Shown here: positions 29,533-40,088 of the stretch, piece after piece | How positions within the stretch are numbered: the first letter of the stretch is position 1 | How the letters are laid out: every line of letters starts with the position of its first letter | Source: a candidate division FCPU426 bacterium | GTDB taxonomy: Bacteria > Oederibacteriota > PGYV01 > Palsa-1178 | Reading direction: 5' to 3' | DNA length: 64,000 bases | Assembly (NCBI GenBank): GCA_963840035.1 | Contig: CAWIXE010000001.1 | Coordinates: forward strand, 256,001-320,000 | Notes under the pieces: model-generated | The model's database searches: none | Seen by the model: the letters and a program-made list of their open reading frames with translations, nothing else | What the model was told of the DNA's origin: nothing | Position numbers and translations under genes: made by a program

Positions 29533-30117
29533 TCATTCGTTTTCAAAGCACCTTCCCGGCATGTACTTCCTTAACTCCATCATTATATAATCAATCTCCT
29601 CTTTTTTCCACACCAAAGCGAACCTGTTGACCCGGCCCTCGTACTGAAAGGATATTGAGCCGACGCCGGTTAAACCTATCTTTCCGCTCTTTTCAGAGGG
29701 TGATATGTTTGTCTTATTCCTGCCAAGCTGAGTTATCGCGTTTACGTTATAAATCCTCGTCCATGCTATGCCAAGTATGTCGTTTTTTATTGTAAGATTG
29801 CCCTGCGATTTTATCACTATTTCCCTGCCAAAGAGCACCCATAAAACCACATAAAGCGCCCCTGCTTCCCCGAAAAACCAGCCTGTCAGCCAGACCATGA
29901 GGAAAATAACCGGGAGAACCGCGATTGGCCCGTCTTTGCCAAATCTTCCCAGCATCCCAAAAAGGGCGTGTAAAGCCGTATATCCGCCAGCGGTCCAGCC
30001 CGAGAGCCAGATGCAAAGGAATATTACCACGGGTAATAACGCCATGGAAAATGTCTTTGGCCTTATTATCATCTGATACCCGTTTACGTCTATTGTTGAG
30101 TTAAATGGCGCTTCCAT
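29533..30117 (-). CDS. Hypothetical membrane protein (2 TM)
   Basis: 194 aa, GGAGG RBS, repeated WL.GW motifs in hydrophobic segments. Confidence 0.75.
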   Translation of the reverse strand: MEAPFNSTIDVNGYQMIIRPKTFSMALLPVVIFLCIWLSGWTAGGYTALHALFGMLGRFGKDGPIAVLPVIFLMVWLTGWFFGEAGALYVVLWVLFGREIVIKSQGNLTIKNDILGIAWTRIYNVNAITQLGRNKTNISPSEKSGKIGLTGVGSISFQYEGRVNRFALVWKKEEIDYIMMELRKYMPGRCFENE

Positions 30118-30204
30118 GCATCCTCCCGCAGATATATGTCAATTATACCCTATTTTTCCCGCCAATAAAACGCCTTTGTCTAAACCAAAAACCCTGCAGA
30201 AATG

Positions 30205-30277
30205 CCGGGCGGATGGTATCCGCCCGCTACAAATACAAAAACAAAGCACTTGTAGCGGGCGCATATCATGCGCCCGG
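30205..30277. repeat. GTAG-type REP doublet
   Basis: gggcggatggtatccgcccgctac ... gtagcgggcgcatatcatgcgccc. Confidence 0.65.
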
Positions 30278-30394
30278 GTTTTGTCTTTTAAGTAGAATCC
30301 TGCCGTAAGACCGGGTTAACGGTAATTTTTGAATTGTTTTTTTATCTATGTGTAGTATAATATAACTATCCAAATGAATGAAAGGCGGTGTATC

Positions 30395-30574
30395 ATGGCT
30401 GAAGAAGCAAAAAAAGTTGCAAAAGCGGAAGAGAAAATAGAAGTTGTGCCTGTCGAAGAAAAAAAGGTTTTCAAACAGGAAAAACCATGGGAAAAGTTCA
30501 AAAATAAGCAGAACGGCAAGAATTTCAAATCCCACGGTACCGCGCACATGAACAGAAGGACTGGCGGCGGATAG
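30395..30574 (+). CDS. Small charged hypothetical protein (59 aa)
   Basis: TATAAT upstream, AAAGGCGG RBS, MAEEAKK...HMNRRTGGG, terminator directly after. Confidence 0.65.
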   Translation: MAEEAKKVAKAEEKIEVVPVEEKKVFKQEKPWEKFKNKQNGKNFKSHGTAHMNRRTGGG

Positions 30575-30590
30575 TACTTACGCTAATATT

Positions 30591-30623
30591 AAAAAAGCCG
30601 CGGGCAAAACCCGCGGCTTTTTT
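30591..30623. terminator. Bidirectional intrinsic terminator
   Basis: A6-gccgcggg-caaaa-cccgcggc-T6 between convergent genes. Confidence 0.85.
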
Positions 30624-30672
30624 AATTGTAAATGGAAAGTTTGAATGTGTCAGTCTGACACCTTATTATTTC

Positions 30673-32673
30673 TCAGTTAAACTTAACCAAATTATAGAAT
30701 AATATCTTTTCATCCTCATTTAACGTTTTGTTAGTCTCTAGATCACGCACAAAAGATTCAATCTCGTCGATCAAAGGTTTTAATTCAACATGGTTATATG
30801 GCGGCTTGAATTCCATGTAAGTTTCACGTGCAAGATCTACATATCCATGAATATATTTTTTCTTAATATCATTGTTTTTTTCTCGCAGTATAGCTTCCCT
30901 TCCTAATTTAAAATATTCTTTGATGTGTCGTGTTTTGTCAAAACCTTGTACGGTACTTGTATCATGAGCTTGATAGGATTTCCAAGCATACGTTTCAGCA
31001 ATTTTTTTACGGACTATTTCAGAGTCATCAAACATATCACGCCGCATCAAATCCAAAAAAGTTTGATTATCACAAATAATATCCGAATTAGCATATGTGT
31101 ATTCTTTTGTGTTTGATTCTCTCCTTCCTTTTTCAATTATCTCATCAAGCTGTTTATTGTATTTCTTTTCTATCTCATGGTCAACAGGTTCACAACACCC
31201 GTTATGACTTCTTATCAACGACGCAGCTTTAATCATCATTTTCTGCTTATTTTGACTGCCTTTACCATACTCTTCAAGCAAAAACATTATCGAATGTTCC
31301 CTGTCGCGGTCAATTAATTCCGGTATTATCTCTGTACATACGTTTGAACTCTCTAAATAATTAAATAATACTTTTGCTGTTGTTGTATTTCCATAACCCA
31401 TATTCGTTAATACTGCGGCTGAAACTAATTCAGTAGCTTTGTCCCCGCTATACCAGGACATAAGTATCTTAGGAGATAGTTTTTGAGTCTTCCGTACTGA
31501 CGAAACGTAATTCAACAGATCACGAAACGACTTGCAATCACTCATATCAAAAACAGCACTGTATTCTTCTAACGGATCCTGTTTGTTTAAGATTCCCATA
31601 ATTTGCTTACATCTTTTTATTTCACTAATTAGTTGTTCTTTATTCATTTTTTCAATTTCCTCCACGCAACATCCACGATATATTGCGAGTAATGCCTTAA
31701 GAAACGTTATTTGATTATATTGGCCATAACTATTTTCTCCATAAAGGACTCGTTGAGTTTTTTCCAGAGCATCCGCGACAATAAATGAATTTGGGTTTGG
31801 AATATTCTCCCCAAATCGAGGCGGAAAACCACTGGTCTCTTTGCTTTTTAGTAATACGTAATCAATGACACGACTATAAAAGCTGGAAAGTTCGTTATGC
31901 TTGTTTTTTTTGAGATAAATTTCATCTTTTTGATTGATATAATCAGAATACCAGACAGCCTCAAAATAAATTTCTGCAAACGTCAAATCTACTACCAGGT
32001 CATTCTTTGGTTCAAAATTATCTATTTCCCAGGTGATTTGATAATCTCCTATTTTAGCATTGCCGGGATAGATAACCGCATCGTCCGGCAGATACGATGT
32101 AGTTTCAAGATTTGCGCGAAATTTTTTAATCGGGCCCTTCCATAAGGATCCAGTTTTTAGAATAAAACTAAACCAACAATGCCCGCCTTCTCCCGGCCCA
32201 CAATTAATGCCCATTTTGAACCTGTGTCTGACTTCTACTGTTTCATTTTCTTTAAAAAATACATCAAATGAATAAAAACGAAGATAATTGCCTCCAATTT
32301 TTCTATATTCTTCATAAAACAATTCATCTTTTGGATTGTCGGCAAATTGATCTTGATTTTCAAGTTTTTCGGAATTAATAAGTTTACCATTTATCCATGT
32401 CTGAAACTTGCTTATTTCATTAACCTGTCCCCAAGATTCAGGAAATCCCATCTTAACAATTTGTTTCTTTCCATTATTTTTAAACCTATAAAGTACATCT
32501 ATATCCCATCCGCTATTTTCTTTTATTTGTAAATCTTCAAGTTCCATTGATATATTATCGTTCCTAATAGGAATAATGTTCCCACCAACATGAGATATCT
32601 GAGCATCATCTGCCAATAGAGTATTTGATATAAACAGCAGAGTAATCAAGATAAAAATTAATTTAAAGCGCAT
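30673..32673 (-). CDS. AT-rich exported protein with DUF4424-like N-terminal domain
   Basis: Signal peptide; ISMELEDLQI...YRFKN...MGFP...FILKTGSLWKGPI; visibly lower GC than neighbours. Confidence 0.7.
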   Translation of the reverse strand: MRFKLIFILITLLFISNTLLADDAQISHVGGNIIPIRNDNISMELEDLQIKENSGWDIDVLYRFKNNGKKQIVKMGFPESWGQVNEISKFQTWINGKLINSEKLENQDQFADNPKDELFYEEYRKIGGNYLRFYSFDVFFKENETVEVRHRFKMGINCGPGEGGHCWFSFILKTGSLWKGPIKKFRANLETTSYLPDDAVIYPGNAKIGDYQITWEIDNFEPKNDLVVDLTFAEIYFEAVWYSDYINQKDEIYLKKNKHNELSSFYSRVIDYVLLKSKETSGFPPRFGENIPNPNSFIVADALEKTQRVLYGENSYGQYNQITFLKALLAIYRGCCVEEIEKMNKEQLISEIKRCKQIMGILNKQDPLEEYSAVFDMSDCKSFRDLLNYVSSVRKTQKLSPKILMSWYSGDKATELVSAAVLTNMGYGNTTTAKVLFNYLESSNVCTEIIPELIDRDREHSIMFLLEEYGKGSQNKQKMMIKAASLIRSHNGCCEPVDHEIEKKYNKQLDEIIEKGRRESNTKEYTYANSDIICDNQTFLDLMRRDMFDDSEIVRKKIAETYAWKSYQAHDTSTVQGFDKTRHIKEYFKLGREAILREKNNDIKKKYIHGYVDLARETYMEFKPPYNHVELKPLIDEIESFVRDLETNKTLNEDEKILFYNLVKFN

Positions 32674-32998
32674 ATAGACCCCCCCCCGAACTAAAATTTT
32701 TCAATTATTTTACCTGCATCATGATGAAAACTTATTCTCAATTGTCCCAAAATGTTCTAAAGACATCTCCTATAAAGTTCTATATTTTTACCCTATTACG
32801 ATTTAGTGTATAGTGATCCCCTTTTAGCTTTCCATAACAAAACCCTACATCGTGCCTGACTCTAGTCATTATAACAAAATCCTCTTGTTTTATTCATATT
32901 TTGTTTAAAAACTCTAAAGTAAAAGTATATTTTCTGTTTTAACTATTTTTCTTTTATAGCCCATATTTGTTTCTGAGCAACATAGCAACCATATAAAC

Positions 32999-33031
32999 AA
33001 AAAACCGCGGGCTTTCACCCGCGACTTTTTT
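32999..33031 (-). terminator. Intrinsic terminator after the DEAD-box helicase gene
   Basis: A-tract, cgcggg/cccgcg stem, T-tract. Confidence 0.75.
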
Positions 33032-33069
33032 GATATCAATTGTAAATCGTAAATTGCAAATAGTAAATT

Positions 33070-34731
33070 CTACCTGCCTTTAAAATTCTCCTTGGATTTC
33101 TCCGCAAAAACCTGCACTCCTTTGATTTTCTTACCTTTCAGCGACTGGACCACCTCGTCAACAACTGAAGAGTCAATCTGCACGAAAGTGTACTTGTCAA
33201 AAAGGTCTATGCGGCCTATCTTTTCTCCCCTGACTCCGCTTTCCCCGGTTATGGCGCCCAAAATATCCCTTACCATTATGCCCCTTGCCTTGCCGACGTT
33301 AAAGAAAACCTTTACCATGTTGCCCGAGGGTTCGCGCCTTCCCGGCCTGCGTCCTCCGCCTTCAGAGCCGTACTCTTCGCGCTCGTGCCTTGCCGGAGCG
33401 TTTAAGTCGTTATCAAGCCCTATCTGGGTATCTTCCTCTTCCTTCATCATCATCTTAATAAGCGCGGCCGCTATGTCCATGGAGGACATATCCTCTTCCA
33501 TGAGCTTCTCTATTACCTTTATCTGCGTTTCCAGCCCGCCCGCTTCCACCTGTGACTTTACCTTTTCCATGAATATTTTTATTCTTTTTTCCTCTATGTC
33601 GTCCCTGGAAGGTATTGTGCCCGGCTTGATCTTTATCTTGGCGTACCTCTGTATGTCGCGCAGCTTGTGCATTTCATTTCCGTAAACAAATGTGTATGCC
33701 ATGCCCGATTTTCCGGCCCTGCCTGTCCTTCCTATCCTGTGGACGTAGTATTCTTCGTCGGATGGCACGTCGTAATTTACCACGGCGTCTATGTTGTCCA
33801 CGTCTATGCCGCGGGCGGCCACGTCAGTGGCGATTAATATGTCGCACTTCGCGGCGCGGAATTTCTCCATGACCTTGTCGCGCTGCTGCTGCGTCTTGTC
33901 CCCGTGCAGGCACTCTGAGAGGTATCCGCGCGAGCGCATCTGGTCAGCGAGTTCGTCCACCATCTTTTTGGTATTGCAGAATATCAGGACGGCCTTATAA
34001 TCGTTGGAATCGAGCACGCGTGTCAGAGCCTCAATCTTTTTTCCGTGCTTTATCTCAAAATATACCTGCTCTATGTTCGGCGCTGTCAGCACTTCGTGCG
34101 TTATTTTGACGTACTTCGGGTTCTTCTGGTAGTGCTTTGTCAGGTCCAAAATCGGCTTGGGCATGGTCGCCGAAAAAAGCACTGTCTGCCTGTCCGCCGG
34201 CGCTGATTTTAAAATAAGCTGGATGTCCTCGATAAAACCCATGTTTAACATCTCATCAGCCTCGTCTAGCACCACTATCTTGCATGTGTCGAGTTTGATG
34301 GTGCGCCTTTCTATGTGGTCGATGAGCCTTCCCGGGGTTCCGATTATTATCTGCACTCCCGCCCTCAAGGCGCGGATCTGCCTGTCTATGGGCTGGCCGC
34401 CGTATACAGCCAGGCAGTTAAAGCCCTTTATGTGTTTTCCCAGCTGCCTTATTTCCTCAGCCACCTGAACCGCGAGCTCCCTCGTCGGGCACATTACAAG
34501 CGCCTGAATAAGTTTGGACTTTGAATCCACCATTTCCAGCATTGGTATTCCGAAAGCGGCTGTTTTTCCTGTCCCTGTCTGAGCCTGGCCGATTAAGTCC
34601 ACGCCGGTCTTCATCAAGGGAATTGTCGCTGTCTGTATGTGGGTCGCTTCTTCAAACCCCATGTCAGCTACGGCTTTTAAGATCTCGGGCGATAGGTCTA
34701 AATCTGTAAATTTAAGCTTGGTCATTGTCAT
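33070..34731 (-). CDS. deaD: DEAD-box RNA helicase with C-terminal DbpA-type RNA-binding domain
   Basis: AQTGTGKT, PTRELA, DEAD, SAT, HRIGRTGRAG; start placed at ATG 34731 after GAGG. Confidence 0.92.
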   Translation of the reverse strand: MTMTKLKFTDLDLSPEILKAVADMGFEEATHIQTATIPLMKTGVDLIGQAQTGTGKTAAFGIPMLEMVDSKSKLIQALVMCPTRELAVQVAEEIRQLGKHIKGFNCLAVYGGQPIDRQIRALRAGVQIIIGTPGRLIDHIERRTIKLDTCKIVVLDEADEMLNMGFIEDIQLILKSAPADRQTVLFSATMPKPILDLTKHYQKNPKYVKITHEVLTAPNIEQVYFEIKHGKKIEALTRVLDSNDYKAVLIFCNTKKMVDELADQMRSRGYLSECLHGDKTQQQRDKVMEKFRAAKCDILIATDVAARGIDVDNIDAVVNYDVPSDEEYYVHRIGRTGRAGKSGMAYTFVYGNEMHKLRDIQRYAKIKIKPGTIPSRDDIEEKRIKIFMEKVKSQVEAGGLETQIKVIEKLMEEDMSSMDIAAALIKMMMKEEEDTQIGLDNDLNAPARHEREEYGSEGGGRRPGRREPSGNMVKVFFNVGKARGIMVRDILGAITGESGVRGEKIGRIDLFDKYTFVQIDSSVVDEVVQSLKGKKIKGVQVFAEKSKENFKGR

Positions 34732-34974
34732 GGTTGCCTTACCTCGTTTGTATGGGCATATAAATATGTCCAAAAGTTTTTGTGATTTGTTTTTGCGGTA
34801 ATTGCTTTTGCAGGGTATTTCTCACCTGTTTTAAAGTAACTCACCGGGCGCTTATAATGCCGCCCACACCTAAATCACACGGCCGGGGGGTACCCGGCAG
34901 AATTTCTCACAAGGGTATTATTGCATTATGGAGGGCTATTTGCAAGGGGTATCTAAGGTTTTAATGTACTTTTC

Positions 34975-35066
34975 CCTTAACCCTAAACCCTTACCCTTAT
35001 CCTTAGTTATTGGAACTGGCTCAAGGTCCAAAGGCTGAGGATAAGGGTAAGGGTTTAGGGTTAAGG
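34975..35066. repeat. Solo relative of the 94-bp hairpin unit
   Basis: ccttaaccctaaacccttacccttatccttag...tccaaaggctgaggataagggtaagggtttagggttaagg. Confidence 0.8.
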
Positions 35067-35073
35067 AAATCCG

Positions 35074-35955
35074 CTACGCCGAATCCCTCTTTATCAGTTT
35101 TGCCTCAAGTATTCTTCCGCATATTTTTACGCTTTTCTCATTGATCAGATTATTAAGTATGCTTACCGCTTCCCTTCCCATGCCTTCAATTGGCTGGCTT
35201 ATGGTCGTAAGCGCCGGCGTTACCGCGTCAGCCATTTCCACATCGTCAAACCCGATTATGGCAATGTCCTCAGGTACGCGCACCCCGTGGGATTTTGCCT
35301 CTATCATAAACCCTATTGCTGCCATATCGCCGGCCACGCTGAATATAGAGTCAATTTTTTTCATTTTATTCTCATATTTATCCGCGCATTCCCTTCCGTT
35401 TTCTATTGTATGGACTTTTACCCTGCCGACAAGCGCCGGGTCTGGCTTAATGGAATATTTTTTCAGGGCGTCAAGGAATCCGCACAGCCTCTTATGCGAG
35501 GCTGAATTCACGTCATCCGCCTGCATGTCCGATATTATTCCCGGTTTTTTATACCCCTGCCCCGCCAGGTACTCGCCCGCAAGGAATCCGCCCGCGTAAT
35601 TGTCAACCGTTACGGAACACAGCCCTTTTGCCTCGCGTTCGATAAGCACAACGGGGATTTTGCGTTTGAGGATTTTTTTAATATGCGTTTCAGGAAGGGA
35701 CATACTGGCCATTATTATTCCGTGCATCCTGTTGTTGCGCATGACAGAATCAACTTCATCAAGGATATCCTCCGGGTTCATGGAACGCGGGGATGTGTAT
35801 ATGATGGAATTTTTTTTCCAGCCCAGCTCACAAGCGCGCGCATCCACCCCGCGCGCCACAGTGGACATAAAAATAGACCCCACCCTCGCGCTTATAAACG
35901 CGATGACAGGGTTTTCGCAGGTTTTTCCTCTTTTGTTTTGGCCCGTTGATTTCAT
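35074..35955 (-). CDS. LacI/GalR-type ligand-binding domain protein lacking the N-terminal HTH
   Basis: IPVVLIER, VDNYAGG, DMAAIG, VPEDIAIIGFDD, PALTTISQP, LIKRDS; only ~15 aa precede the core. Confidence 0.85.
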   Translation of the reverse strand: MKSTGQNKRGKTCENPVIAFISARVGSIFMSTVARGVDARACELGWKKNSIIYTSPRSMNPEDILDEVDSVMRNNRMHGIIMASMSLPETHIKKILKRKIPVVLIEREAKGLCSVTVDNYAGGFLAGEYLAGQGYKKPGIISDMQADDVNSASHKRLCGFLDALKKYSIKPDPALVGRVKVHTIENGRECADKYENKMKKIDSIFSVAGDMAAIGFMIEAKSHGVRVPEDIAIIGFDDVEMADAVTPALTTISQPIEGMGREAVSILNNLINEKSVKICGRILEAKLIKRDSA

Positions 35956-36067
35956 TATGTATCCCTTTTAGTCATACACTAATTATACCATATAACCGAA
36001 GATAATCAATTTTGATGCTACCTTTATTTTAAATTATATAGTGTAAATAATATACCGAACTTTTATT

Positions 36068-36156
36068 CCCTCTCCCCTTGGGAGAGGGGTAGGGGTGAGG
36101 GGAACAAAACAAAGCTCATTACCCCTCATCCTGACCTTCTCCCAAGGGGAGAAGGA
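36068..36156. repeat. CCCTCTCCC...GGGAGAGGG...GGGGTGAGGG-type palindromic element (relative at 49644-49702)
   Basis: Two hairpin halves in inverted orientation. Confidence 0.7.
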
Positions 36157-36183
36157 AATAATCGTATTAATTTACAGCGCACT

Positions 36184-38187
36184 TCAGAACTTGTATTTTT
36201 TCTTCTTCATCTTCCTTACCCCGCCGTCCTTTATATCCTCTATCTTGTCGCGGAGTTTCGCGGCTTCCTCAAAGTTCAAAGCCTTGGCGTGCTTTATCAT
36301 GTCGCCTTCCATCTGCCTGATCAAGTCTTCCGTGTCCTTATAGCGGTATTCCGAGTCTTCTTCAAGGAGCGGCACGGTAAAATAATCCATCTCATAAACG
36401 CTTCCCATTATCTTTTTTATTTCCTTTTTGATTGAAACCGGCGTTATGTTGTTCTCCTTGTTGTACGCGGTCTGCTTTTCCCTTCTGCGGTTCGTCTCCC
36501 CTATGGCTTTTTCCATGGAGTCCGTGATTTTATCCGCGTACATTATTACCTTTCCCTCCACGTTCCTAGCGGCCCTTCCCGTGGTCTGGATGAGCGCCGT
36601 TGCGGAGCGCAGGAACCCTTCCTTGTCGGCGTCTAAAATAGCCACAAGCGATACTTCAGGGATGTCGAGGCCTTCCCTCAAAAGGTTAATGCCGATTAAA
36701 GCCGTGAATTTGCCTTCGCGCAGCTCCCTTATTATCTGGATCCTTTCCAGCGTGTCTATATCCGAATGTAGGTAACGGCATTTCACGTTCCTGTCCTTTA
36801 AAAAAGCCGCAAGGCTCTCCGCCATCTTTTTGGTCAGCACCGTGACCAGCACGCGCTCATTTTTTTCCGCGCGGATTTTTATCTCGGCGGTTATGTCGTC
36901 CACCTGGCCTTTGACAGGCTTTACGATAATGACAGGATCCACAAGACCGGTTGGCCTGACTATCTGCTCCGCTATGTTCTTTTTTCCGGACAGGTTCGTC
37001 TCATATTCGTTGGGCGTAGCCGATACAAAAACCACCTGGTTGAGTTTTTTCTCAAATTCGTCATACTTCAGCGGCCTGTTGTCGTACGCTGCCGGAAGCC
37101 TGAACCCGTAATCCACCAGGTTTTTCTTCCTGGAAAAATCGCCGGCGTACATGCCATGGAACTGCGGCAGGGTCACGTGCGATTCGTCTATGAACATCAG
37201 GTAGTCTTTCGGGAAATAGTCCAGAAGGGTGTAAGGCGCTGTTCCCGCTTTCCTTCCTTCAAGTATCCTTGAATAATTCTCTATGCCTTTGCAGTAACCC
37301 ATCTCTTCAAGCATTTCTATGTCATAGTTTGTGCGGGCTTTAAGCCTTTCATATTCCACGGGCCTTCCCTCGAGTTCCTTCAGCCTCACATCAAGCTCCG
37401 CCTGTATCTGTTTTATCCCCTTTTTAAGCATGTCCTCGGGCATGACATAGTGAGTGGCCGGGTAAATAGCTGTTTTATTCATCCCTGCTATGGTGTTTTT
37501 GCTTATGGGGTCTATCTCCGTTATTTTTTCCAGCGTGTCGCCAAAAAATTCAAGCCGTATGGCCGTGACCGAGTACGCGGGGAATATTTCCACTATGTCG
37601 CCTTTAACCCTGAATATACCCTGTGAGAACTCGAACTCATTGCGCTTATACTGCAGGGCCACAAGCCTTGTGGCTATCTCGTTTATGGATATTTTATCGC
37701 CTGCCTCCAGGTACAGCCTCAGCTGGCGCGTGTATTCGGGCGAGCCCACGCCGTATATGCACGAGACGCTGGCCACTATGATGACATCTTTTCTCGTTAA
37801 AAGCTTATGAGTGGCGGAAAGCCTCAATCTCTCAAGTTCGTCATTTATAGCGGAGTCTTTCTCTATGTACATGTCCCTGTGGGGTATGTATGCCTCAGGC
37901 TGGTAATAATCGTAGTAGGAGACAAAATATTCCACGGCGTTCTCGGGAAAAAATTCCTTAAACTCCATATAAAGCTGCGCCGCGAGGGTCTTGTTGTGGG
38001 ATATGACTATGGAAGGCCTGTTTATCTTTTCAATTATTTTTGCCATGGTAAAAGTCTTGCCGGAGCCTGTAACACCGAGCAGGGTCTGAAATTTTTGGTT
38101 ATCCTCTATGCCGCGCGCAAGCTGCGCAATGGCTGCAGGCTGGTCCCCCGCGGGCTGGTATTTGGTGTTTATTTTGAATTTATCCAT
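36184..38187 (-). CDS. uvrB: Excinuclease ABC subunit B
   Basis: [43 protein letters not shown]-terminal UVR domain. Confidence 0.98.
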   Translation of the reverse strand: MDKFKINTKYQPAGDQPAAIAQLARGIEDNQKFQTLLGVTGSGKTFTMAKIIEKINRPSIVISHNKTLAAQLYMEFKEFFPENAVEYFVSYYDYYQPEAYIPHRDMYIEKDSAINDELERLRLSATHKLLTRKDVIIVASVSCIYGVGSPEYTRQLRLYLEAGDKISINEIATRLVALQYKRNEFEFSQGIFRVKGDIVEIFPAYSVTAIRLEFFGDTLEKITEIDPISKNTIAGMNKTAIYPATHYVMPEDMLKKGIKQIQAELDVRLKELEGRPVEYERLKARTNYDIEMLEEMGYCKGIENYSRILEGRKAGTAPYTLLDYFPKDYLMFIDESHVTLPQFHGMYAGDFSRKKNLVDYGFRLPAAYDNRPLKYDEFEKKLNQVVFVSATPNEYETNLSGKKNIAEQIVRPTGLVDPVIIVKPVKGQVDDITAEIKIRAEKNERVLVTVLTKKMAESLAAFLKDRNVKCRYLHSDIDTLERIQIIRELREGKFTALIGINLLREGLDIPEVSLVAILDADKEGFLRSATALIQTTGRAARNVEGKVIMYADKITDSMEKAIGETNRRREKQTAYNKENNITPVSIKKEIKKIMGSVYEMDYFTVPLLEEDSEYRYKDTEDLIRQMEGDMIKHAKALNFEEAAKLRDKIEDIKDGGVRKMKKKKYKF

Positions 38188-38266
38188 AGGTTGTCCTTTG
38201 AAGTCCGTAATATAATAGAAAGCGCACCGCGAACCTTTATTAGTAATTGGTAATTAGAAGTTATTT

Positions 38267-39928
38267 TTACCCCTGCCGTTTAGAAATCTCCGTGGCTATG
38301 TTCTTTACTTCCCCGTTGTTGGGGTATTTTTCCGCCAGCGCGTTGTATATCTTCATCGCGTCCTTGTAAGCGCCCTGGTTTATGTAAATGAACGACATTG
38401 TAATGAGCGAATCCAGAGTGTCTTCATTGACCAGTATTTTTTCTTCCTTTTCCTGGTGCCTTTCCACGGGCCTTTCAGCCTCGCCTATGTCATCCAATAT
38501 TTCCTCTGTTTTGGGTTCCGGCAAGTACTCCGCCTTGGGCGCCGGCTGCGCTTTTGCCGCGCTTAAGTCCGGAAAAACAGGCGGCGCCTCCCGCTTTATT
38601 TCCTGCGGCCCGGCAGCTTTGTGCGTCTGTGCCGCTGCCTGGGCAGCCTGCACGGATTTTATTTCCTTTGAAGTGTCATCAAACATTTTTTCCATGGCTT
38701 CCCTGCCGTTTTCCTCGGAGGGGCCGACTTTGGGGGTTTCATAGGCTTTTTTCAAAGTGTCCATCAGGTTTGCCGTGGAAGCCGGCTTCCTGTCAAAAAA
38801 ATCAGACGCCGGTTCCGGCTCTGCCGGTTTTGGCTGTGAGAGCTGCTGCTTTTGCTGCATGGCGAGTTTTGTCTGCTCCACTATCGAATCTTTCTGCTTT
38901 TTGAATTTATCTATGGCTTCCCTTTTTAACTTTTCAAGCAGTTCCCTTTTCTTTTCTTCCTGTTCCTTCATTATGCGCTGGACTTCGTCTTCCTTGAGCT
39001 TCTCGTTTTTCTGCGCCTCGTCGAGTTTTGCCTTAAGCTCCACTGCCGCTGCCTGTATGATGGCCATTTCCTTTTCCTCATATTCCTTCTGTATCTTTTC
39101 GTCCTCGTCTAGCATGAGCCTGGCGCGGTCTTCCTCTTCCTTCATTATCTGCGCCTGCCGCTCTTCAAGTGCCTTTCTTTTGGCCTCTTCAAGCTTGCCC
39201 GCCGGGTTTTTATCGACTTTATTCCAGACTTTCTCGCCGGCATTGCCTCCGGCTATCCTGACATATACGGCGTGCAGTTTTGCCCTTAACTCTTCGTTTC
39301 CCGGCGCGAGCTTAAGCGCCGTGATGTAAGTTTCGACCGCCCCGTCAAAATCCCCGTTGTTCATATAGTTCTGCGCCATCTTGTCGAATTTATTTATGAG
39401 GTCTTTTTGCGTGTCCTGCGGCTCGCTGGATTTTTTCATCTCTTCCTGCTTGCGGGTGCGGTTTACGAACGCGGACTCATCGTCGTTTAGTTCCTTTATT
39501 TTTATGTTAACCGGGTGTTCGTCGCTGTTGAATTCCTGGATGGACTCATATATGGCGCGCGCGTCGGCGTACTCATGGTTTGCCGCTTTTCTTTCAGCTT
39601 CCTTCATGAGGCTGCGCAGCGAATTTTTCAGGCGTGTCTTTATCCGCTGGTCATCGGGAAAATTCTTAAGTATTTTTTTGGCGAGGCGGAGGATCTTTTC
39701 GTAATGCCCTTTCTTTTCCAGCAGCATGAGGGTATCCGCGTAGGCTTCGAGCGCCTTGTCCTTTAAGTCCGCTTTAAAGTACGTGTCCGAGAGCATATTA
39801 AGGACATTAAAATCCTCAGTGTCGTCCTTATATATTTTTTCATAAAGGCCGATGGCTTTCCTGTACTCTTTGTTCTGGTAATACCCGTAAGCCAGTTTTA
39901 TGTGGAGTTTCTTTTCCTCTGCGTCCAT
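38267..39928 (-). CDS. TPR-repeat and coiled-coil protein
   Basis: TPR-like motifs (YRKAIGLYEKI; FDGAVETYITALKLAPGN; YKDAMKIYNAL..KYPNN) around an E/K/Q-rich region. Confidence 0.8.
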   Translation of the reverse strand: MDAEEKKLHIKLAYGYYQNKEYRKAIGLYEKIYKDDTEDFNVLNMLSDTYFKADLKDKALEAYADTLMLLEKKGHYEKILRLAKKILKNFPDDQRIKTRLKNSLRSLMKEAERKAANHEYADARAIYESIQEFNSDEHPVNIKIKELNDDESAFVNRTRKQEEMKKSSEPQDTQKDLINKFDKMAQNYMNNGDFDGAVETYITALKLAPGNEELRAKLHAVYVRIAGGNAGEKVWNKVDKNPAGKLEEAKRKALEERQAQIMKEEEDRARLMLDEDEKIQKEYEEKEMAIIQAAAVELKAKLDEAQKNEKLKEDEVQRIMKEQEEKKRELLEKLKREAIDKFKKQKDSIVEQTKLAMQQKQQLSQPKPAEPEPASDFFDRKPASTANLMDTLKKAYETPKVGPSEENGREAMEKMFDDTSKEIKSVQAAQAAAQTHKAAGPQEIKREAPPVFPDLSAAKAQPAPKAEYLPEPKTEEILDDIGEAERPVERHQEKEEKILVNEDTLDSLITMSFIYINQGAYKDAMKIYNALAEKYPNNGEVKNIATEISKRQG

Positions 39929-40088
39929 TATTGCTCCTGAAATGCCGATATTTATGCGATTTAATTATAATATCCGCTGTTGATAAAAGCAACGGTTTTT
40001 TGTAATTGAAGATTGTTGATTGAAGATTAAGGATCTTGGACCATTAATCCGCAATCTTCAATCAACAATCTTCAATCCAACCTGCATC

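Noticed and set aside
30591..33050. Target-site duplication or integron cassette around the AT-rich gene
   Set aside because: The two similar hairpins resemble the other terminators in the window (42555, 58081); no attC structure or integrase was seen.
34732..34915. Long 5' leader of the DEAD-box helicase gene
   Set aside because: Long leaders are usual for these genes, and no specific motif was recognised.
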